A stretch of 33,827 nucleotides of DNA from Trichomonas gallinae (lineage: Eukaryota): assembly GCA_008369845.1 (NCBI GenBank), contig MRSU01002305.1, positions 1 through 33,827 of the forward strand, written 5' to 3'. The notes beneath the pieces are model-generated. The model was not told the origin of the DNA. It ran no database searches and saw nothing but the letters and a program-made list of their open reading frames with translations. Positions 10,496-20,656 of the stretch are shown here, in pieces. The first letter of the stretch is position 1. Each line of letters opens with the position of its first letter. A program made the position numbers and the translations under genes.

Positions 10496-10560
10496 TGACA
10501 TGTAAAATCGTATTTGTCATGTAAAATTGAAATCGTCGTGTAAAATTTTATTTGTCATTT
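10496..10560. promoter_or_regulatory. Four phased TGWCATGTAAA-like motifs immediately upstream of the 9909..10487 gene
   Basis: tgacatgtaaa 10496, tgtcatgtaaa 10515, cgtcgtgtaaa 10534, tgtcattt 10553; 19-bp spacing throughout. Confidence 0.7.
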
Positions 10561-10653
10561 TTCTTTCAAATTCACTGTAAATATTGATATTATATTTCAT
10601 ATAAACAAGCTTTAATTTATACATTAACAAACATAATGAGATAATGAATAATG

Positions 10654-11640
10654 TTATGCTCCATGGACTCCAGAATCTGATATATAAAACGTGGCTTTCA
10701 CATCTTGTGCTCTTGGTGAGATTTCAACGAACATTGTTCTTAGAGACACTGTTTTAGACTCTCTGTTTGTGCCATATGCTGTTGGTGTTTCTTCATCGAT
10801 ATCGCGTTTCATTGAACTTTTTGTAACTCTAACTCTCATATTTATGCAGTTCGACCACGCTAGACCTAGAGATGGAACCCATTCTTGTGTCGTAAATGGG
10901 CCCATGCTAGCAGTTACTTGATTTGTTGTCAAAATTAATGTTCCAAATGTGTTAGATATCCATTTAAGTGTTGTTGACATATCAAACAATAACTGTGCAC
11001 GTTGCTTAGCAGCATTCATATCGAATTCTGATCTAAAAAGTGCTGCAATACTATCAATTGCCACAATCGATGGTGGTGGTGAAACAGTAGAGAACATTTG
11101 TGGTAATGTTTCATTTACAATCTGATTGAATTCAATAACTTCAGAAACTTCTTTGATCAAAAGATTCGATAAAATTTCTTCGGGATCAAGACCTCTCATT
11201 TGTGCAATTTTATGTATTCTTTGTGTTGGAACATGTCCTTCAGTGCTTATTAATAGAACTTTACGTGAATTATCTGCAATTATTTGATTAATCAGTAAGT
11301 GATAAACAATATTTGATTTACCGCTTCCTGCTGGACCTGTAAATTCAAAAATGCCATCCCTTGGAAAGAATACTTGATTGTCTAATATATCATCATTAAA
11401 TAATCTTAAAAATTCTTGTTCTTCAACAACATTGACTTGAGGTACAATCGCTCTTGCTAGTATATCTGCAGTTTCCAGACAAATCTTTAATGGAACATTA
11501 GATTGAAATGAAACTGTCATTGGTGGCGTTGCTGTTAGTTTCTCTCTTGTCAGAAGCCCAGCATACGCCAACTGATTTATAAACTGTGCTCTAATTCCAT
11601 TGTCTAACAATATCTTTCGAACTTCACTCTCGCCTTCCAT
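10654..11640 (-). CDS. XRCC3: Rad51 paralogue, XRCC3-like RecA-family ATPase
   Basis: Walker A GPAGSGKS, ISTEG, Walker B IVAIDSIAALFRSEF, TNQV, and PSLGLAWSNCINMR typical of XRCC3/Rad57. Start moved from the TTG at 11703 to the first ATG at 11640 (MEGESE). Confidence 0.82.
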   Translation of the reverse strand: MEGESEVRKILLDNGIRAQFINQLAYAGLLTREKLTATPPMTVSFQSNVPLKICLETADILARAIVPQVNVVEEQEFLRLFNDDILDNQVFFPRDGIFEFTGPAGSGKSNIVYHLLINQIIADNSRKVLLISTEGHVPTQRIHKIAQMRGLDPEEILSNLLIKEVSEVIEFNQIVNETLPQMFSTVSPPPSIVAIDSIAALFRSEFDMNAAKQRAQLLFDMSTTLKWISNTFGTLILTTNQVTASMGPFTTQEWVPSLGLAWSNCINMRVRVTKSSMKRDIDEETPTAYGTNRESKTVSLRTMFVEISPRAQDVKATFYISDSGVHGA

Positions 11641-11653
11641 ATATTGTAAATTT

Positions 11654-11703
11654 TTTACTTCCTCGTCAAAAAATTTACTTCCTCGATTTAGTTTACATGT
11701 CAA
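11654..11703. promoter_or_regulatory. Phased motif cluster upstream of the XRCC3-like gene
   Basis: Direct repeat tttacttcctcg at 11654 and 11674, followed by tttacatgtcaa at 11692 (reverse complement of TTGACATGTAAA). Confidence 0.6.
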
Positions 11704-11885
11704 AAAAAAACAATATTTAATTTATCAATATCATTAACACCATCTGGAGCATATATTCCTAATTTTTCAATATCACGCCTCATTATTAATATTTTAATAA
11801 TCACACATTCAATAACATTAGTTTTACAACAAATTCTAGTTGATGTTAGAAAAAACATCGGTTCATGTGATATAAAAAACATAAA

Positions 11886-12521
11886 TCATTCCATTTTAAT
11901 CTTAATTTCATCATTCGATGACATTAAATCGTCTTCTTCTTCATCGTCTATATCATCATCAGATTCTGTCTCATTTGCTAATATAACCCTCAATGTTGGA
12001 TGCGATTTTTTACCAGTTAAGTGCATAAGCCATTGAGGTCTGTTAGATGTGAGTTCAAACGTTGCCTTGTAGTTGTTTACGAACGCTTCTTCGCAAGATT
12101 CGAATGTATTAATGAATCTGTTGAATTCTGCAAACATTGCTCTTTGACTCCACATCTGGAGCTTTCTAAGACACATAACAATAAGACCAGTAGAGTGTCC
12201 ACCATTCAAGCAATGTATGTATGCAGGAAGATTGTTCTTATCGCAAAGTAAATTTAATATTTGTGTAACAGTATTTGGTGTCATAATGATTTGATCGATG
12301 AATTTTGGTACTGAAAAATAGTGATTCTCGATTTTCTCGTTTTTGCAAAACTCAGCAAGTTCTTCGTCAATCGGATTTGGAATTAAAGATATCATGGTCT
12401 TTAATTTCAGCGTTTTAAGGAAATTGAAGTTCAATTTCACTGGATATGCACCACGGAAAACATCTACTTCTACCATTGAAAATCTAAATGGAGGAATAAG
12501 CGAATCACCATTGAATTCCAT
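11886..12521 (-). CDS. Siw14/OCA-family (PFA-DSP) phosphatase-like protein, Oca6-like, probably inactive
   Basis: LIPPFRFSMVE..VFRGAYP, LKTLKLKTMISL, YIHCLNGGHSTGLIVMCLRKLQMW, EFNRF. Start moved from the TTG at 12632 to the ATG at 12521 (MEFNGD). Confidence 0.87.
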   Translation of the reverse strand: MEFNGDSLIPPFRFSMVEVDVFRGAYPVKLNFNFLKTLKLKTMISLIPNPIDEELAEFCKNEKIENHYFSVPKFIDQIIMTPNTVTQILNLLCDKNNLPAYIHCLNGGHSTGLIVMCLRKLQMWSQRAMFAEFNRFINTFESCEEAFVNNYKATFELTSNRPQWLMHLTGKKSHPTLRVILANETESDDDIDDEEEDDLMSSNDEIKIKME

Positions 12522-13551
12522 TTTTAAAAAATTTTGATTCAACGAAATATTTATTTTACTAGCTTCCTTATGTTGATATTTGATTTTAAAAATGAAAAAT
12601 ATCAAAAATGACAAATAAAGTTTACATGTCAAAATAGTAATAATTTTATTCTTATGTTTAATTCTAGACTTATATCAATCCAATGAGCATTTGTAGCTTA
12701 TTTATGACATACAGCCTAACTAGTTCATGTGATCACTAAAGATAATACTTCCCATTCTAAATACGATTTCAGTTCAATCCAAATGATGTGTTTTTTATAT
12801 ATTTTCTATATAATATAATACTTCTCATTACATCGTATTACAACATGCATCCGAAAAGAATAAAAAACTTATTGAAGATGAAAAATATTCACATCAAATT
12901 CACAAAAAGTGATATGGTCAAAGAACACAACTAACTACATGTGTGATAGTATTCTAATTGATACCATTATATTTACCAGATACATTTGTATGTGTTTTAT
13001 CATGATGACACTATGATGATAGTTTTTATTAGCCAGGAGAAAATCGTTTCGTTTGAAATTCCACCATCAACAAAATACATCAAATTGAGAAATTAAAGAA
13101 AGGATATAGAAACAAGGAATCCAACTCTTTACTAACATCACACATCAAATGTTTCTTTGTCTTGATGGCAAGAGATGTTAATCATTATTCGGAATTGGGT
13201 ATCATCTATTGAGAATAATATAAATAAATGTAGGATAATGTGTGCTTATGTGCTTAGAGCTGCTTTATTAAAAATGACAGCATAAAATATGTTGATCAGT
13301 TGTGTCCAATATTTGCCAAATAATCGCACTTTTCGTTAATTTTAGAGCATTTTAACTAATCCATTATAAGATATGGGCACAGGCACAGCAGTAGAAGCAA
13401 TTTATTGGCTTGGAAATATTGTCAGGTAGCCGCAAAAAAAAAAGGAAAAGAATTTGTAAACTTAATAAATTTAAGGGTTGAATGATTAAATGGTAAACAA
13501 GAGTTTTTGAATGTTTTGCATTTTTCTTCTTAGACGATAAAAATATAAAAT

Positions 13552-14205
13552 ATGGGCGAAGATGAAAATTTTGATGTTGAGAAGAATCGCGAGCAGCTTG
13601 GCTGGAGCATTAAATGCTTAAGTAGGTCCAGCAAACTGTTTTTCGTTGCATTCTTTATAAGCGGAATATGGAATGCTGTTATTGCTTCTCGTGCTGTGAC
13701 AGATTATTACGTATTTCTCGCTGGAAGGACGACATTTAGAATTCTAGTATCATTGTCAGCACTTTCATTCAGTGTCATTGCAATATTCTTCTTTTTATTA
13801 GCCATGTTATATTTCTTAGGCTTTGCCTTCAAATTTCACACATTTTTGGCAACGGTTACTTGTGCAACTGTCGCTGGCGCAGTCGCATTATTATTCTATG
13901 ACATAACTTTAGGCACAATTCCTGTCACCAAAAAATATAAATCGATTACGAAAGACATGTTAAAAAATCAGCCAGACAATATCAACTTAACTAAGTGGAA
14001 GAAGGATGTTGGCTGCAATTCGTATGAAACTTGCTTGAAAAAAGTTGATCCTTATTTTGATCTTAATACAATGGGACAAATGATCATGTCTAGCATCATT
14101 CTTGTGCTAGTTGCAATAGGTGTTTCCGGAATTGTTTATTCTTCATGTTATATGAAATATATTCAAAGACCAGAGCCATCTGATGAAGAAGCTCGAGCTC
14201 CTTAA
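13552..14205 (+). CDS. Four-TM tetraspanin-like membrane protein
   Basis: Three N-terminal hydrophobic segments, a larger loop containing GCNSYETC, a fourth TM and a short tail. No canonical CCG. Confidence 0.7.
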   Translation: MGEDENFDVEKNREQLGWSIKCLSRSSKLFFVAFFISGIWNAVIASRAVTDYYVFLAGRTTFRILVSLSALSFSVIAIFFFLLAMLYFLGFAFKFHTFLATVTCATVAGAVALLFYDITLGTIPVTKKYKSITKDMLKNQPDNINLTKWKKDVGCNSYETCLKKVDPYFDLNTMGQMIMSSIILVLVAIGVSGIVYSSCYMKYIQRPEPSDEEARAP

Positions 14206-14452
14206 TTACTATCATACATGCTATCCTATTGATTGTTTAAATATGTTTGTATTCGTTTATAATTATGTATTGTTTATTATTTTTTCAACGAATTTTGGAA
14301 ATCTGGAAACGTGAAATGTCATTGTGCTGGGTTCAGTTAAATGACTGTTGCTCGATTTCCATTCTGTTAAATTAGCCATATAATATTTACGTGTCTAATC
14401 TAAACATTATCTGACATGTAAATTTATATTTTTTGTCGGCCACTTTTTTATA

Positions 14453-14692
14453 ATGGTTTTGCTGACAGATATCAGCCAATTCGAGCAGAAAGCCAAAGAA
14501 ATGATCCAGACTGAGCCAAAGAAAGCTAGACTCACAACAAAATACAAAAAGAATACTCACGTCTTCGTCATGAAAATATTCGATGGAAAAGAAGCTTACA
14601 AGATCCACATCATCAAGGAAAATGATTTCAAGGCTTCCCAGAAACTAATTTCATCGCTGCTTCTTTTAATGACCAGTGAATCTTTGCTTTAA
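14453..14692 (+). CDS. SRP9: Signal recognition particle 9 kDa subunit
   Basis: 79 aa with the SRP9 pattern F...A..M....P.KARLTTKY......VMKIFDG....K......D.....KL...LLLLM. Confidence 0.85.
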   Translation: MVLLTDISQFEQKAKEMIQTEPKKARLTTKYKKNTHVFVMKIFDGKEAYKIHIIKENDFKASQKLISSLLLLMTSESLL

Positions 14693-15001
14693 GATTTATT
14701 ACTCATTTACAGAGCACTTCTATTGTATTTAATTAATTTAAATTCTTATGATGTATAGTCTATTAGTTCGAAAATCATAAATTTTTTACAAATTTTTAAA
14801 TTCTATCAAATAAAGCATTTCAAAGACTCTTTCATATGAACCAGTTTCTATTTTTTCACAATAAACTATTTCATGATCTAAAACATCAAAATCAGTAGCT
14901 TTTGAGCTATCAAAAAATAATTGAGTTATATGATATTTAATAAATGATACTTTAACATGTTTTGATTGTTTAAATAATAACAAATATATAAATAAATGAT
15001 A

Positions 15002-16273
15002 TTATGGCTCCTCAGCTCTTTCCTCTTCAGTGCCATTTGAATTTGAGTCTTCTTTTGTGCTTGATGAGTCCCTCTCCTTCGAGTCTTCCTTTTCGTTGTC
15101 GAGAGTGTTGTCGGCTGGTTCAGTGACGCAGAAGAAGCCGAAGATGAATGAGCCAACTGAGATGATTGCGAAAATAACAATGGCCCAGAATGTGCCAATT
15201 ACTGAGTCCAATGATGGGAAGATCTGAATGACAATGAAAGCGCATAACCAGTTTGCTGAAGAAGCAATTGATGTAGCAGCGGATCTAACTGAGTCTGGGA
15301 AGAGCTCTGGGACGATGTACCAAGCAACTGGACCTGTTCCGAGGCCGTAGAAGAAAAGGAAGCAGAAGATGGCAGCAACTGGTGCATATTTACCCCAGTC
15401 AAACTTGACGGAGAAAGCATAGATCAACAGGAAAACAACAATACCTGCAGCACTGATGCACCAAGCTGGCCTTCTGCCGAACTTTTCGACGAAGAAGGAT
15501 GAAATGAAAATTGTTATAACCTGTGCGGAACTTGAAATAGCAGAAGCGATACCATTGTTGACATTGATGCCTGCCTTATTGAATAGTGTTGTGAGATTGG
15601 TGAGGATGCCATTGATGCAGGAGAACTGCTGGAAGAACATCATAGCGATGCCAATCATTAAACCTTTGAGATATTTCTTCTGGAAGACTGATTCTTTCTT
15701 GACATCTTCTTTGACGACTGGAGATTCAGGAACAAGCCAGACTAAGAGCATCAGTAAGCCACAGATGCAGCAGCCAATGATAGTAAGAACTTTCCAATGT
15801 AACCAGTTTCCGCAAAGATAGAGTAAGACTAAACCTAAGCCAATACCAAGGTTATTTAGTGTTCCAAAGAAGCCAGTGTGGTCTTTTGGTGCAATTTCGA
15901 TGATATACATTGGGATGATTGATGAATAAGCGCCCATAACTATTCCAAGGACAGCTCTGCAAAGTATACCCCACCAGAATAGTTTTTTATTCATAATAAG
16001 CAACAATCCCCAGAATAATGCACCAACTGTGGATATGATGAATGTTGTTAAACGTCTGCTAGCAAAGTAGAGGATTGTATGCGCAATAAATGGTCCAGCA
16101 ATAGCTGTTAATGATGAAATAGAGTTGAAAATTGTAGTCTGAGATGTCGCCAGATTGAAATCATCAACAATTTCTGGAATAGTTGGTGACGGATATCCGA
16201 GAACATATCCAAATGTCAGAGATCCGAGCATCAGGATCATAGCATGAAGAATAAGCACACCGCAGTACACCAT
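15002..16273 (-). CDS. Major facilitator superfamily sugar porter (hexose transporter-like)
   Basis: About 12 TMs with sugar-porter motifs FGYVLGYPSP, PMYIIEIAP, VPESP, FQQFSCING, VEKFGRR, GPVAW...PELFP...R. Confidence 0.95.
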   Translation of the reverse strand: MVYCGVLILHAMILMLGSLTFGYVLGYPSPTIPEIVDDFNLATSQTTIFNSISSLTAIAGPFIAHTILYFASRRLTTFIISTVGALFWGLLLIMNKKLFWWGILCRAVLGIVMGAYSSIIPMYIIEIAPKDHTGFFGTLNNLGIGLGLVLLYLCGNWLHWKVLTIIGCCICGLLMLLVWLVPESPVVKEDVKKESVFQKKYLKGLMIGIAMMFFQQFSCINGILTNLTTLFNKAGINVNNGIASAISSSAQVITIFISSFFVEKFGRRPAWCISAAGIVVFLLIYAFSVKFDWGKYAPVAAIFCFLFFYGLGTGPVAWYIVPELFPDSVRSAATSIASSANWLCAFIVIQIFPSLDSVIGTFWAIVIFAIISVGSFIFGFFCVTEPADNTLDNEKEDSKERDSSSTKEDSNSNGTEEERAEEP

Positions 16274-16290
16274 TTTGATTTTTGATTAAG

Positions 16291-16295
16291 AGTGA
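16291..16295 (-). promoter_or_regulatory. Initiator (Inr) TCACT
   Basis: Matches the trichomonad Inr consensus TCA(C/T)(T/A), about 20 nt upstream of the MFS ATG. Confidence 0.55.
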
Positions 16296-17589
16296 GCGGA
16301 ATTTTTTACAAAATTTTCTTAAAAACATCCAAAAACATCTAAAGAAGTCGTTTTATTTTGATTTGAGAATTGGTCATTAATTTGAATAAAAATTATTGAA
16401 TTGTTTACAAAATAATTGAATAGTTTACATGCCCCATTAAACATTGAAAAAATAAAAACGCGATCATTGTTTTTTTGAACATTGTTATAGAAATACTCTA
16501 CTATTCGAAATAATACAATATTATATTGCAAAAAAGTTTTTGTGATAGTTGTTTTTTATCTCATTGAAAAATCTCTGCTCATATTAAAACAAAATGAATC
16601 GAAGTTGTTTCTGATGTTTTGGGATCATAGAAGCTGTTTTTTATTGTTTACACGATAATTTTGAATAAGGAACAAAATGTGATCGGGATTTTTTGACACG
16701 TAGATTATAATTTCGTCAGTTTGACAACAGTTAGTTAACCGAGTTTTGCTATTCTATCTTTTATATATGACTCATTAAGGGATTTTCTCAACACGAACAT
16801 GAACCGTTCAATAAAATGGCATATCTTTTGCAACATATTCCCTTATTGGCATATATGGTGCTTCATATTTAATATATATATTATGTTGTTCATATAGATG
16901 CATATTTGCTAATCAATCATACTCTATTTTGAACAAATCGTATTTTTTCAAATAATAGGCGCTAATACCTTTAATAATTGCGTTCCCTGTATTTACAATG
17001 TCAATTAATCAGTTCCATGTAGAAAGCATCAAGCTTCCAATCGCTGGCTAATAACGTAATTATTTTGCTACCTACTACTTATCACTCTAAGGGCATATTA
17101 ACAATAGTAATTCTATAAGGAAATCGTTTTGTTGACTAAAGGACAAAATTAAACCCCTTATATTCACAAACAGCATCGATGGCAATATTACATTATGGCT
17201 CGATGCATGAATTCTGTTAATATTATCTCCATTGGTCGTAATAATAAATTGTTTGTACGCTTATACGGTAGTTTTGTAAAATTTCAATGGCTCGGATGAT
17301 GTCCAGTTATTTCATGTTGTAAAAACAAGAATTTCCGATTTATTTTTACACTATTCATACTTAAAGCAAAATAGTCCAAGGACCACTTAATAAATCACTT
17401 CATTCTATAGCTCAGAATTGATTGAAATAATAATAAACTTCAAAACAGCAATGTAGCAAGTATATGCTCGGAGCTTTCTTATAAGTATAAAGTTATATTC
17501 AATCGCGAGATTCAGCATTAATTTAACTAATTTATTATAACAGAGTTCTTTTCACTACACGTTTAAAATGCTCAGTATCGACTACACAT

Positions 17590-17805
17590 AGCACTTCATT
17601 CTCACTCACGGCTCCTGGAATAGATGCCAATATAAAAGATAACTCAAAAAAAAAAAACACTTTGATTTTGGCTTCAGAAATAGGATATAATCAAGCTTTC
17701 CAACATAGCATCACGCTTCCTGGAAGAGATGTCGGTGCAAAAGATCAAAAAAACAAAGTATCGTGGGTTTATGCTAATGAGGCTGCAGTATGTGTGTACC
17801 TGTAG
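17590..17805 (+). pseudogene. Decayed ankyrin-repeat fragment
   Basis: An ATG-less frame reads SLTAPGIDANIKDNSKKKNTLILASEIGYNQAFQHSITLPGRDVGAKDQKNKVSWVYAN, i.e. two eroded 'PGIDVNAKD..G.T.L..A' ankyrin units. Confidence 0.65.
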
Positions 17806-18282
17806 AAAATATCGCTGAATGCAGTAATCCTCGATTTCGTGGTAAAGGTATTGAGACTTGAATATGAGCTTGTAAAATTAACTTTACATGACAAATAATA
17901 TTGGACAATAAAGGATCAGAATAAAGCCTAAATCGCCTACAATATTGGTGTATTCCACCATAAAAGCAATTTGTGCTCAAGTAGTAAGCTTTTATCTTAG
18001 TAATTTCAAATTGTTGACATCGATTTAATTGAAATCGCATGACATTGATAATTTACCGCATCTATATTGTGTAGAGTTCATTTTTGAGGTTTATATCCCT
18101 CCTGTATTAACTATTGTTGATGATGTCATTAGCGTGTATACATGAATATGACTTGTTGCGAAGAAAAAATGGTAAATATGATAAGTGTTATAAAAGCAAA
18201 AACATTTAATAAAACAACAACGAGGTATTATAGACAAAAAGCATCCAATACTTTTGTCAACGCACTAAAAAGTAATCGAAAA

Positions 18283-18495
18283 TTACATTGGAGCAAGGCT
18301 GGAGCTTTCAAAGTCCGAGCCTTCTGAGTTTTCTAGCATCTCCTTGAGCTTGCTGATTGAGTTGATCTCCTGAGAATCGGAGGAGACATCACTTGCAGAG
18401 TACTGGCCCATAGCCCAATCAATGGAATCGAAGAACTTCTTATCCTTGGCACTTGTTCTGAATCTCTTTGGAACGAGAGGAGCTTCGCTGGACAT
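18283..18495 (-). CDS. Endosulfine/ARPP-19 (Igo1/2)-like protein
   Basis: 70 aa with KKFFDSIDWAM, matching the family core (K/R)(Y/F)FDS(G/A)D(Y/W). Inr immediately upstream. Confidence 0.78.
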   Translation of the reverse strand: MSSEAPLVPKRFRTSAKDKKFFDSIDWAMGQYSASDVSSDSQEINSISKLKEMLENSEGSDFESSSLAPM

Positions 18496-18501
18496 GAGAA
18501 A

Positions 18502-18507
18502 AAATGA
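18502..18507 (-). promoter_or_regulatory. Initiator (Inr) TCATTT
   Basis: The coding strand reads gaTCATTTtttctcATG. Confidence 0.6.
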
Positions 18508-20110
18508 TCATTTCATTTTCAATGTCTACAGAACAAAACGTACTTTTATGGATTGGTGCGTTTTTGTTGTATATCATATTTATCATATTATATTTAAAAC
18601 ATATTTTGAGAACCAATTAAAATTCACTATATTCAAAACTTTCCAGACTTTTGAAAATAATTGTTCGAACTCTTTTGAAAAGCATTGGAAATATATAGCT
18701 AATCACTATTTTCCGCTAAAAATTTTGATAAGGTTTGTTGAAAGTTGATATTGTGCTTGCATTACTATAAGCATTGATATAATTTTTTGAGCTATTCTCA
18801 CAAAATTTATATTAAACCTTTACGCGTAAAATAAATCTGACTCTGCATCATATACTATGATAAATGTGGGTGTTCCATAAAAAGCACGGTCAATTTCATG
18901 AATTTAAATACTATCCTTCTCAAAACTTATCTTAAAGAAAAATTTGCAACACTGTTCGTTGATATTGCTTCAAATGGTGCATACATGTTAGATATCGGGT
19001 GAAAACAACTCTCCAATTTATTTAAACTTTTGAATTAAATCTGATTATCAAAAATTCAAAAGTGAAATCCTGATGTTCCCATTTATGCATATTTTTCGCC
19101 CATTGCAATATACTAACCGCATAGACCCATATTTCATCTTGAAATTCCCTTTACTGATAATGGCCAAATTGCATCTTTTGTTCACCTTATCGAAATTGGC
19201 CATCAACTCGATATTTCCATATATTTTCCGCTATTATATCCGTTTCCGCTGTTAAAAAGACATGCATACGGGTTGTTTCACGCAATTTTTTGATATAAAA
19301 TTCATATTGCCGGACATACGATTATTTTAGATTCAAAACTGAATTCAATATAAAATTAAAATGATCACATACCTAAACATATCTATTTTTGGGTATTTTG
19401 GACGCTTCCACGCCCGTAAATATTTATGATTTTCTGTTGGAACCTAAAAAAATTGACACATTTGATAGGTTTCTCCTTAAAAAGCCCAGAAACCTTTCCA
19501 TCATTCTTGGATAGACTATTAAAAGCTAATTAAATCATTTTAACGTTAGGAATCTGAAATTTTGAAAAATATCATAATTTCAAAATCGATATCTAGCCAT
19601 ACTGTTCTTTTATTTTGTATTCTAGCTGCCACTTTATCGTATTAATTTTGATAAGAATGTGTCATCTCGATAACTATTCTCAAAAAATTAATTTCACATA
19701 TTATCTCAGCGAAAGAAGCTATTTGGTGTGCACTAAATAAAGCAATTCATGAATAAGTGTCAAAAAATATGCAACGTTGGAGTTTTTCAATAGACTAACC
19801 TTCCCTGATTATTAACTCTGATAAAACTTGATATTTGAATTTTAAATCTGGACGCATGCAATAGAACAACATTTTGCCTATTATACTCTGTTTTAAACAT
19901 GGAATACACGATGTCGCTGTGTAGAAGATAAAAAAATCACAGTTGCAAGGTTTAAACGGACCTTATAACCTAATACTTATTGTATTGGTTGACCATTAAT
20001 GAAATATGCTGACAGTAAGGTTTGATAAAGGTTCTACAAATTGAAATCATGGAAATTGATCTAAAAAATTGAGGAAAACAATAAATACTATCTATAAATA
20101 TAATTTAATC

Positions 20111-20656
20111 TCATATGCATGAAAGATACGCTATAGCATCAGTTGTCTGTGGAGTGAATTTCTCAATCTTGATTTCACTGCCATTTGCGAAGCCACTATC
20201 ATAATTACGCATTGCATTTTCGGCATCTTCAGCCCTGTAGAACTGGACATAACCAATGCGATTTAAATCGGAAGTGATATAGGATTGGATAAATTGGCCA
20301 AATCTAGAGAACGTTTTATGTAGCTGATAAGCATGGATGCTATCTTCTAGCCCAGTAATAATTAGAATGTTCTCGCGTCGTTTGATAAGATCCATTGTTA
20401 ATGGATCGTTCCTTATAATTCCCATTGAGTGATCATCAAATGTTGTATTATTGAATACATGGATAGCACGCATAGCTTGTAAAGGGCTTTCAAATGTCAG
20501 TACGGCGTTTATATATCCACTTAATTGGGAATTTTTGAATTGAATTCCGTTTTACTTAATTGTTCCAACATCTCTGATAACAAATCTGATAAATTCCTCA
20601 TCAATCAATTCCGGGAACTCGAAGACGTATACTTGAGATAAAGTAGTTTCAAACAT
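20111..20656 (-). pseudogene. Two-RRM RNA-binding protein gene interrupted by one in-frame TAA
   Basis: From the ATG at 20656 (Inr TCATTT at 20664-20669): MFETTLSQVYVFEFPELIDEEFIRFVIRDVGTIK*NGIQFK...NAVLTFESPLQAMRAI..., in frame with the 20111..20473 RRM ORF (ILIITGL, FSRFG, GYVQF...EDAENA). Stop at 20552-20554. Confidence 0.8.

Noticed and set aside
11641..12632. N-terminal extensions MTCKL... on the XRCC3-like and OCA-like ORFs
   Set aside because: They begin at the TTG inside the upstream TTGACATGTAAA motif. The first ATGs (11640, 12521) fit a eukaryotic start and family length.
12650..13500. Possible decayed gene in the OCA-tetraspanin spacer
   Set aside because: Coding-like patches only; no motif convincing enough to name without a search.
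20520..20560. Intron removing the stop in the RRM gene
   Set aside because: No branch/3' signature (ACTAAC...CAG) follows, and the frame is already continuous across the stop.
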